A stretch of 64,000 bases of DNA, from positions 3,159 through 67,158 of the forward strand of contig CAMDTO010000004.1 of the NCBI GenBank assembly GCA_945907765.1. The letters are read 5' to 3'. Source of the stretch: Thermoflexus hugenholtzii JAD2 (lineage in GTDB: Bacteria; Chloroflexota; UBA11872; UBA12225). Shown one piece after another: positions 56,649 through 64,000 of the stretch. Under the pieces are notes generated by a model. It saw only the letters and a program-made list of their open reading frames with translations, ran no database searches and had not been told where the DNA came from. Position 1 is the stretch's first letter. Every line of letters starts with the position of its first letter. Both the position numbers and the translations under genes were made by a program.

Positions 56649-59543
56649 TTAGACACGGCGAATTGGTGAGGGGCGAACGACGATTAGGAATCCTGCGACC
56701 ATGATTCCGACGCAACTGAGGGCCAAGCCAAGCCGCGTCGACGGTGGATCGAAGGTCAGTTCGATCACGTGTTTTCCGGCCCGGGCGGGGATCGAGCGAC
56801 CGAACGGCACGTCTGGTGAACGCACTCCCTGCACCAGGCTCAAAGTGCGAGGGAAAGCTTCCGCAGTCGCCACATCGTCGATCGAAACCCGCCATCCAGG
56901 ATAGTCGGTGTCCGCGATCACGATCATGGCATCGGATGCAAGGGACGTGGAGATGACCAGACGTTCTGGGTCGTCGGTCACCCACGATGCGGTTCCGGCT
57001 TCCGGCGGGACAACCCGAAGGCGCGTTGGAGGCCAAACGGAGCGATCATCAGTGACGGGTGATGGGGTCGTACTGGTGGCGCGCATGCCCCACGGTTCTC
57101 GCACCCATGGCTCCATGTCGGCTGGAGGATGCATGGCGAGGTGTGTCAGGTGAACGCGCACTCCCGGGATCGTTGACCGCAACGTGGCGCTCACGATCCC
57201 ACCCGGAAGTGCTATTGGCAGGGTGGCACGGTATTCGAAGGTGTCGAATCTTCCGCCAACGGCACTGACCATGCGTGTGACCAGTGCAACGGGGGCCTGA
57301 CCATGCGTCACGATCGTGCGGACATCTGGTCGGTCCCACGCCCATTCGGCAGTTTCGACGCCTGCACGGAGTGGGTAGGTTGCCGTCGTACCGTCAGGGC
57401 CGGTTAGGCGGATTTCAGCAGCGGTCTGTCCCTGCGCAACTGCTGAACCTTCCCCGAGAAAAGTGATCGCCTCCAGGAGGCCAGTGAATACCGGGTTGCC
57501 GGTTGCCGACCAGATTGGCACTTCCGAACAACAGTCCGCGGTGGCCTGACCGAGGTCAAGGGTGGTCACCCTCCATTCACTGGCAACTCGGGGTGTATTG
57601 CTCGAAGTGGCGCCGGCCTCTCCCGTGACGATGGCGCGGACGGCGAGGGGTGCGAGCCCGGCGGTGTCGAACCGGTTGGCCCACAGCCAGTGGTCGTCGT
57701 CGTTGCCTGCTTTCGCGAAGGCAGTCGCTGCGGTCCGCAGGATGAGCGGGTTGTAACCCTGGGCGTCTCGGGTCGCCGTGAGGAGACCGAGATTCGGTGG
57801 AAGTTGACCAGTTCGTGTAGCGCTCGGAAAGTCACCGAGGAAGTGGCGTGGCAGGTCGTCGCTATGCCAGACAAGTCCGAGATAGCGGTCGTGGCCAATT
57901 GTCGGCGCGATCGTTCTTGCTGACGCGTAGGCTGGGGCGTACCAAGCATCTGGGTTGAAAAACACATTCTGTGTCATCAATCGCAGCGATCCGAGATCGG
58001 CGATCACTGCAACTGCCAAGAGAGTCCCGGCCTTTGGGACTGGAAGGCGCTGGTTACAAAATAGGATCGTCAGGACGACCAGTCCGAACACAACCGTGTG
58101 GAATTCCTGGCCCACGGTGAGGAACGGTGTCCCGGCAATGCGCCAGAGGTTCGTGAGGAGGCGACGGAAGTTGTCGTACCCCTCCGAATGCCAGAACTGG
58201 AGGATCATCATCACGGGAAGGGCCGTCAGAAGTCCGCAGATCGTAGCGAAGCGCGTGTACATCAGGGGCGGCGGAGTGGTGGCGAATTGCCTTTGCGTCG
58301 CGGGCGGCTCAGAGGGCCTGACTCGTCCCTCGCTGCGCGACTTGTCCAGGGCGTCGATCACTAATGAAGCGAGTGCTGCGAGTGCAAATGCAGTGATGAT
58401 CCCGAGGCGTGCTGGCAGGTACAGGATGCGAAAGCCCGGCAGCCACGCGTAGAGAAGGCCGAACAGTGGGGTTCGCGTACCCCACGACAGAACGATGGAC
58501 ACCAGGGCCACCCCACCCCAGATGGTCAACCGGTCGTGATGACCCGTGCGCCAGAGGATGGCCGGTGCAGTCACGGCGAGGCAGAGGGCCACAATCCCGA
58601 CTGAGACCTGTCCACCTTCGACGGCACCTGCCCCGGCAGCTGGGCGAAGCCACGATAGGAGGGTCAGGTACCCGTCACTCCCGAGGCTTTCGAGGGGCCT
58701 CGTGGTGGCGTAGGTCGTCTCCGCGACGAACTCGGCACCTGGGATCAGGACTACTGCTGCCATGACCGAAGCAAGCAACCCTGAGGCCACGTAACTCGGG
58801 ATGAGGTGGCGCAAGCGTTGGACCCATCGTTCATGTGCGCGTCCGTGACCGAGGAGAACCGCGCCACAAATGGTCAACCACGACAGGTAGGCACCGGCAG
58901 GCCATCCACTGGCCAGTTGCAATGTCGTGGATGTCGCAAGGAGGCCGATGAGGCGGGCTGACGGTCTGGACAGTGACGCCATATGCAGTCCGGAGAAGAC
59001 GACCCACGGCATCCAGGCCAGACTGGTGAGTACGACCGGCATCCCGGCGAGGCCCGGCAACCAAGGTGTCAAGGTGAATGTCGCCGTGCCTGCCATTGCG
59101 GCAATCGGGCCGACGCGCACGCCATGCCGAAGGCAGAACCACGTGCCGGCAATCGCAATTGAGAGGTGAAACCAGATTGACGCACGTACAGCACCCCAGA
59201 GATCCAGGCCTGCAAGCAGCGTCCAGTTCGGGACATACCAGGCGCCTGTGCCGGGATCGGCGGCAAATGGCATACCGCCGCCCTGCCATGGGTTCCAGAA
59301 GGGGATGTGCCACAGCGAAAGGCCTCGGGCAAGATGCGCGGCGTTCGGGACGTATTGAAGCATTAGGTCGAGGTTCTGGGGAAGCCGACCTGGTCCGGCG
59401 ATTGGCCAGAGGTACCACGCGGCGAGAACCAAAAGCGGGATCCAGGCAAACCCTGACCACCACCCCGTCCCGCCCGGTTCATATCCGCTTTGCGTCTTGC
59501 GACGCGCACCTGAATAGTGGCGCCGCGGGGTGTCGGAACTCAC
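56649..59543 (-). CDS. YfhO-like polytopic membrane protein (putative glycan/lipid-linked sugar transferase) with a large C-terminal extracytoplasmic region
   Basis: 'LWHIPFWNPWQGGGMPFAADPGTGAWYVPNW' and C-terminal 'DTDYPGWRVSIDD' are YfhO-like. A C-terminal TM anchor is present. The GTG start at 59543 overlaps the upstream TGA. Confidence 0.65.
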   Translation of the reverse strand: MSSDTPRRHYSGARRKTQSGYEPGGTGWWSGFAWIPLLVLAAWYLWPIAGPGRLPQNLDLMLQYVPNAAHLARGLSLWHIPFWNPWQGGGMPFAADPGTGAWYVPNWTLLAGLDLWGAVRASIWFHLSIAIAGTWFCLRHGVRVGPIAAMAGTATFTLTPWLPGLAGMPVVLTSLAWMPWVVFSGLHMASLSRPSARLIGLLATSTTLQLASGWPAGAYLSWLTICGAVLLGHGRAHERWVQRLRHLIPSYVASGLLASVMAAVVLIPGAEFVAETTYATTRPLESLGSDGYLTLLSWLRPAAGAGAVEGGQVSVGIVALCLAVTAPAILWRTGHHDRLTIWGGVALVSIVLSWGTRTPLFGLLYAWLPGFRILYLPARLGIITAFALAALASLVIDALDKSRSEGRVRPSEPPATQRQFATTPPPLMYTRFATICGLLTALPVMMILQFWHSEGYDNFRRLLTNLWRIAGTPFLTVGQEFHTVVFGLVVLTILFCNQRLPVPKAGTLLAVAVIADLGSLRLMTQNVFFNPDAWYAPAYASARTIAPTIGHDRYLGLVWHSDDLPRHFLGDFPSATRTGQLPPNLGLLTATRDAQGYNPLILRTAATAFAKAGNDDDHWLWANRFDTAGLAPLAVRAIVTGEAGATSSNTPRVASEWRVTTLDLGQATADCCSEVPIWSATGNPVFTGLLEAITFLGEGSAVAQGQTAAEIRLTGPDGTTATYPLRAGVETAEWAWDRPDVRTIVTHGQAPVALVTRMVSAVGGRFDTFEYRATLPIALPGGIVSATLRSTIPGVRVHLTHLAMHPPADMEPWVREPWGMRATSTTPSPVTDDRSVWPPTRLRVVPPEAGTASWVTDDPERLVISTSLASDAMIVIADTDYPGWRVSIDDVATAEAFPRTLSLVQGVRSPDVPFGRSIPARAGKHVIELTFDPPSTRLGLALSCVGIMVAGFLIVVRPSPIRRV

Positions 59544-62500
59544 CACTGCACCTGTAGCCAGTCGAAGACCACCAGCATCGCGGTGACAACCCCGATTATG
59601 GTCAGGCGAGAGCGACGGACCACCCCAAGTGTCGATAGCAACTGATTGGTGCAAGTCAGGATTACCCCTTGGAGGCCAAGGAGGACGATTCCCGACACGA
59701 CAATGACGCCAGTGTGAGATGCATGCGCCGTCCAGATCAACGTCGGCCAGAAGTCGAGACCGAGTCCATATTCAGGGTGAAGTGGGACTGGTGCATTGAT
59801 TCCAAACCACGTCCACGGCGGGCGCAGGAGGACACCCTGGGTGAAGTCCGGTCGTGATGGCATCACAAGATGGAACGCGTCGGCGCCAAGGAGCCAGATG
59901 TTTCCCAGTATGGGACTGAACGGTGGGGCGTACAGCATTGCGGTATCGAGAAGGTCGTCTTCGGGGACTTCGACATGGATGGTGGGGTGTTCTCGGTCGC
60001 CCACGTGGCGGAGTTCGTATCCCTTGACGTAGGGAGGCAGTTTCGCCAGGTCAATGTTGAAGCTCCGGAACCCAAAGAAGGCATACCCATCGCGTCCGTA
60101 GGTGCCAGGCCATTCGCCACGGGTGTGCCGATCAAGGCGGACCTCCCGCGAGGAAGCGGCTATTCCAGGGGAGATTGGATCAAACGCCATTCCCGACACC
60201 ACCGCCGTGTCAGGTCCGGTCTGCCGGATAGCCACGGTGACCGGGTTGGCCGGGTCGATGCGGATCACCGCGCGAACCCAGACGCCGTCGTCCAGACCCT
60301 GGTCGAGGTCAATCCGGCGCGTATCGATCGCGTCGGTGATCGTCATCGTTTCCGTCCGCCCCTGCCGGTCCCAGTCGATGACATAGAGGCTCAGGGTGAC
60401 GTCCCGGAGGATCGGCGCCTCGCTATCCGGCGCGGTGATCGTCACCGAAGCATCCGGAAGCCCCCATAGGTACCCGAGGCTGCGTGACCTGCCGGTTTCC
60501 GGATCAGGGTCGCGGAGTGCCAAGACAAGGCGGTCCCCATCGCGCGCATCCCAGTAATCCTGGCCTCCGTACGTTGCGCCGAACCGCGTCATGGTTGGCA
60601 CCACATGGCGGCGAACCATCGCCGGGTATTGCTCGGGATGCTTGGCGATGGCGATCACCTGGATTGCGACAGACAGAGTTGCCAGGACGCCCAAGATCAC
60701 ACGTCCGGAACGGCGCGTGATAACCGTGTCAACGACTGGTGCGGTAACGAGCGTCAACCATGGGACGGTCATCAGCAGGTAGCGGGGTCCCCATGATCCG
60801 CCATGCCAGACGAGTTTCATGCTGTAGAGCAGGATCGTGACGACTGGAAACACCACCGTCAGCGCGGATCCAGAGAAGCGATGGCGCCTGACCCAAAGGA
60901 TCGACCCGGGGATTGCGAGCAGCAGCCATGGAGCGTATAGGAAAAGGCTCTTCCCTGAACTGAATACGAGGCCCCGGAAACCTGTCCAGAATGGCAGCGA
61001 GAGCCAGTCACTGGTGAGGCGCGACAGGTCGGAGGTAAGCACGATCGGGGTCTCACCCGTCGTCCAGAGGCCAACACCGATCGCAGCTGTGGCGACGGCG
61101 ACGCCCGGCAAGGCGACTATTCCCGCAAACCGGAGGGCATCGCGTCGCCGGTCACGTCGCCACGGTTGCGATGTGACGAAAAGCTCGGCGACGACCGCGA
61201 CGACCCCGAGGATGGCGGTGTATTTCGCCCCGATGGCGAAGATCAGGGCCAGCATCGTCGTGTAGGCCATGAGGCGTACATTGCGACGCGGCGGTAGAGG
61301 GTCCACGAACCCTGGGAGCGCCGGCGCCGTCACCGGCATGGCCGAGAGAACGCCCACTCCCGGTTCGCTAGTCGGGAGGGGGGTAGGCGGGACCGACGTC
61401 GAACGTCGTGCCGATGCTGGTGTTGCCGGGCTGGGAGTGATGGTTGGCGGAAAGATCCGTTGGATTGCCAGCACCGCCAATGCCAAGGCGAGTGATGCGG
61501 TCGGTTCGGCAAAGTCATATTTCGCGTACGGCCACGCGAGGGTGCCCAAACCAAATGCTGCACCGACAATGAGGGCGACGACCGGGCGGTAGCCGAAGTT
61601 CAGCGTGGCGCGATGCAGCGCCCAGACCGTTGAGGCGGTGACCACGGCATTGGTGACGCTGAACCCGAGGTGAGCAAAGAAGTCGCCCGTCTGCCGTTCG
61701 GACCAGAATCGCTCGCCGGTTCGTGCGTCATGCCACGTCACGGGTGCTGATGTACCAGGTGTGCGGGCAGGCATCGTGCCGATGGCGACCGCGCGAAGCG
61801 AAAAGGTACCGGCCTGACCAAGGCCACCGGACCCGGCAACTTCCCATCGGTCGATCGCGACTGGCACCGGAACTGGTATCGAGGCGATGTAAAGGTTTCC
61901 CCTCGGTTGGCCGATCCAGTGTCCGGCGACACGTGCGCGTGCGTGAGCGACCGTTCCCCGGATATCCGGTCGATCCCACGCCCACTCGGCGGTCTCCATC
62001 CCGGCGCGAATCGGGATCGTCACCGTGTTCGTGGCGGTTACGAGGCGCAGTTCGGCGACCGTCGTCCCGTCAGGCACCGCCACCGTGTTGGCCAGAAAGC
62101 TGACAATGGTGAACGTGGTCACCGGGGAGCCAGTGACTATGGAACCCGGCACCGGGAAGGTCTCGGTCATCCCGGCCGACACCACGGGCCACTCTTCAAC
62201 ACGGAAGCGATGCCCATCCGCGATAAAGTCGTCGCGTTCGGGAGCAATGGTTCCAAGCGCCGCCCCGGCAAGGATGAATGGTTGCCCGAGAATCGGCAGC
62301 CCAATTCCCCACCGGGCAAACGCGGTCTTGAACCGTGTGAAGTACTGGTGATCCGGATCGAGGAAGGCAGTCTTGGCCATCTCGAACGCAAAGGCGCCGT
62401 CAATGCTGTACCCGTGGCCACCGCCGGTCATTAGGTAGATCGCGAGGACGATGGCGGTCAGGTTCAACCCCACCCCACGACGCCAGGTGGAGATGCGCGT

Positions 62501-62545
62501 CGCTTGTGCGTCATCGTGGCGTCGCGCCGTCAGGAAGGCAATCAC
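59540..62545 (-). CDS. GT-C fold membrane glycosyltransferase-like protein with an inserted loop module and ~400-aa C-terminal region
   Basis: 'GGGHGYSIDGAFAFEMAKTAF', 'WPYAKYDFAEP', 'SSGKSLFLYAPWLLLAIPG' and 'HGGSWGPRYLL'. The GTG start overlaps the upstream TGA. Confidence 0.65.
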   Translation of the reverse strand: MIAFLTARRHDDAQATRISTWRRGVGLNLTAIVLAIYLMTGGGHGYSIDGAFAFEMAKTAFLDPDHQYFTRFKTAFARWGIGLPILGQPFILAGAALGTIAPERDDFIADGHRFRVEEWPVVSAGMTETFPVPGSIVTGSPVTTFTIVSFLANTVAVPDGTTVAELRLVTATNTVTIPIRAGMETAEWAWDRPDIRGTVAHARARVAGHWIGQPRGNLYIASIPVPVPVAIDRWEVAGSGGLGQAGTFSLRAVAIGTMPARTPGTSAPVTWHDARTGERFWSERQTGDFFAHLGFSVTNAVVTASTVWALHRATLNFGYRPVVALIVGAAFGLGTLAWPYAKYDFAEPTASLALALAVLAIQRIFPPTITPSPATPASARRSTSVPPTPLPTSEPGVGVLSAMPVTAPALPGFVDPLPPRRNVRLMAYTTMLALIFAIGAKYTAILGVVAVVAELFVTSQPWRRDRRRDALRFAGIVALPGVAVATAAIGVGLWTTGETPIVLTSDLSRLTSDWLSLPFWTGFRGLVFSSGKSLFLYAPWLLLAIPGSILWVRRHRFSGSALTVVFPVVTILLYSMKLVWHGGSWGPRYLLMTVPWLTLVTAPVVDTVITRRSGRVILGVLATLSVAIQVIAIAKHPEQYPAMVRRHVVPTMTRFGATYGGQDYWDARDGDRLVLALRDPDPETGRSRSLGYLWGLPDASVTITAPDSEAPILRDVTLSLYVIDWDRQGRTETMTITDAIDTRRIDLDQGLDDGVWVRAVIRIDPANPVTVAIRQTGPDTAVVSGMAFDPISPGIAASSREVRLDRHTRGEWPGTYGRDGYAFFGFRSFNIDLAKLPPYVKGYELRHVGDREHPTIHVEVPEDDLLDTAMLYAPPFSPILGNIWLLGADAFHLVMPSRPDFTQGVLLRPPWTWFGINAPVPLHPEYGLGLDFWPTLIWTAHASHTGVIVVSGIVLLGLQGVILTCTNQLLSTLGVVRRSRLTIIGVVTAMLVVFDWLQVQW

Positions 62546-64000
62546 GAGCGGTCCCTCCCTTCTCCGGGAGCAGCCTCACCACTGTCGCTCCACGCGCGGA
62601 CCACCATGACCGCCGCAACGGCCAGTCCAATGAGGAACAGTCCCTCAATGACCCACACCGCAGCCATCACACCGGAGTGCGATGCGAACATCTGGCGCGC
62701 CTCGATCGGCCACAGGTCGATGCCAAGACCGTACTCCGGATGCGGGCTGTGCACTTCCAATCCATGCACGTAGCGCCAGGGTGGTGACGCGAGGGCTCGC
62801 TGCTGCAACGCGGCATCGGCGGGTCGCAAGAAGCGGATCAGGTCATTGGCAAGCAACCATGCGTGGGCGACCAATGGGCTGAATCCGGGTGCGTACAGCA
62901 TGGCGATCTCCGACCGCTCGGCCTCACCGGTGTCCACCCAGACCCGCTCGCCTCCAGTGACCGCATTGATGTAGGACGGGAGTTTGCCAACGTCGTGGGG
63001 CCCCATCTCCCATGCAAAAAGGAGTGCACCGTCGCGGCCATACCGGCCAACCCAGTCGCCGCCAGTCGACCGGTCCTGGAATGGTGACACCGGCCCGCTC
63101 GTCTCTGTGTCCGGGTCAAAAAAGAGCGCGGAAACGACCGGGAACGCCGAACCGGAGTCGTACGCGAGAAGGGTGACTGGGTCGCCGACGCGTGCATCCA
63201 CCACCCAAGTGATGTATTCACCACGGGCAAAATCCGTGACCATCACCGACTGGATGTCAGAGGTGTCGACAACCGTCATGTTCTGGAATCGGTCTTCCTC
63301 GGGTAGGCCATCGTAGTTGCACAGGTAGACCGTTAGGCGGAAGCGTCCCGTGCGCTCGGGCCAGATCTTCAGCACCATCGGGCTATCTCGGTCGATGACA
63401 TGCCCAAGGCCGCGCCGCGGAAGCGGATTGCCGTGGATGTCCGTTGGCGCGCCGGGCGGGGACACGAGTTCGGATCGCGCCTTCTCGACACGGTAGTACT
63501 CGGCGTACGTCGATGCCAATGTTCGGCCGACTGCAATCCCGTAGCCGTCCAGTTCCGGGGATATGTGGTCACGGAACATGATCGAGTAGGCGTTGGGATG
63601 TTTCAGGACAACCTCCATTTGGACAGCCAGCCCTGCAAAAATTGTCAAGATGGTCGCCCACCGCGCAAGACGGATCCAGCCACGCCGTCCCCATTGCCGG
63701 GATGCTCCGACGTTCAACAACCCCACCCCATCACTCCTGATTGGTAGACCCTTGGCTTGGCCCTCCCCGAGAGCGCGAGGTGCGTCGGGTTCGCGATCAA
63801 CGGCGGCCCCGATCACCGGAAGCGAGAGAAGCATCAGGAAGGGGACCATCGGCACCAGGTAGCGCGGCCCCCAACCGCCGCCATGCCACCCCCCCTTGCT
63901 GCCAAAGGTCGCAAGGTACATGAGCGAGACCGTGACCGGGATCCAGGCCCGAGATCGGTGACGACGAACGAACGACATGGCACCCATACCGGCGAGAAGC
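62542..64000 (-). CDS. paralogue of the 59540-62545 protein, C-terminal >=481 aa (5' end probably beyond the window)
   Basis: 'HGGGWGPRYLVPMVP', 'GGDWVGRYGRDGALLF', 'MLYAPGFSPLVAHAWLL' and 'HPEYGLGIDLWP' are collinear with residues ~560-960 of the downstream protein. Confidence 0.65.
   Translation of the reverse strand, partial: LLAGMGAMSFVRRHRSRAWIPVTVSLMYLATFGSKGGWHGGGWGPRYLVPMVPFLMLLSLPVIGAAVDREPDAPRALGEGQAKGLPIRSDGVGLLNVGASRQWGRRGWIRLARWATILTIFAGLAVQMEVVLKHPNAYSIMFRDHISPELDGYGIAVGRTLASTYAEYYRVEKARSELVSPPGAPTDIHGNPLPRRGLGHVIDRDSPMVLKIWPERTGRFRLTVYLCNYDGLPEEDRFQNMTVVDTSDIQSVMVTDFARGEYITWVVDARVGDPVTLLAYDSGSAFPVVSALFFDPDTETSGPVSPFQDRSTGGDWVGRYGRDGALLFAWEMGPHDVGKLPSYINAVTGGERVWVDTGEAERSEIAMLYAPGFSPLVAHAWLLANDLIRFLRPADAALQQRALASPPWRYVHGLEVHSPHPEYGLGIDLWPIEARQMFASHSGVMAAVWVIEGLFLIGLAVAAVMVVRAWSDSGEAAPGEGRDRS

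Noticed and set aside
56545-57036. The 164-aa N-terminal extension of the 551-aa ORF 55381-57036.
   Set aside because: The extension is Arg/Pro-rich. It overlaps the well-supported C-terminus of the YfhO-like gene (56649-) in another frame. The PatB/MalY homology begins at the ATG at 56544.
1-64000. Many long ORFs antisense to or overlapping the called genes (for example 1309-2106-, 6429-7478-, 22198-23037-, 33196-34266+, 41175-42068+, 42446-43618-, 45606-46643+).
   Set aside because: Their translations are Arg/Pro/Gly/Ser-rich with no recognisable motifs. They lie opposite genes with strong family signatures. They are typical shadow ORFs caused by stop-codon scarcity at ~65% GC.
1-64000. 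Searched by eye for CRISPR arrays, tRNA/rRNA genes, transposases, integrases, toxin-antitoxin pairs and known defence-system genes.
   Set aside because: I saw no regularly spaced repeats, no tRNA-like cloverleaf candidates in the intergenic regions, and no recombinase or nuclease-type ORFs. The only repeats are the short palindromes and direct repeats reported above.

Overview
High-GC (~65%) bacterial chromosomal segment, densely coding. I saw no rRNA, tRNA, CRISPR, transposase or integrase. The gene content resembles a Chloroflexota/Thermomicrobia-like or other high-GC lineage, but I cannot assign it from sequence alone. The window holds two kinds of content. (1) Housekeeping blocks: alaS (5'-truncated), ruvX-mltG, an M24 peptidase with efp and a BCCP-like gene, mreBCD-mrdA-rodA, thrB, gatC-gatA-aminotransferase-gatB-rlmD, an ECF sigma/anti-sigma pair, pcrA and recX. 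(2) Three cell-envelope glycan loci: 10.5-15.2 kb (GT9, a GT2-GT2 fusion, GT2, a nucleotidyltransferase); 25.0-29.6 kb (GT4, a Wzx-like flippase, tandem C26 amidotransferase-like genes); and 45.6-64.0 kb. The last contains GT2, Wzm/Wzt ABC exporter genes, a GT2-GT4 fusion, and four GT-C/YfhO-type polytopic membrane proteins, three of them joined by GTGA start/stop overlaps. Points worth a second look: EF-P has Arg instead of Lys at the modified loop tip and sits two genes from a GT-B glycosyltransferase. The BCCP-like protein lacks the biotinyl-lysine. An FtsA-like ATPase plus a membrane-anchored baseplate-J-like protein are inserted into the alaS-ruvX-mltG block. A GC-rich palindromic repeat family has four copies, two in an unusual 463-bp mreB-mreC spacer and two inside long ORFs. 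Two genes (HxlR-type, tandem GNAT) are interrupted by in-frame TAG codons. Several uncharacterised modules are shared among the glycan-locus proteins. All functional calls rest on motif recognition by eye; no searches were run.
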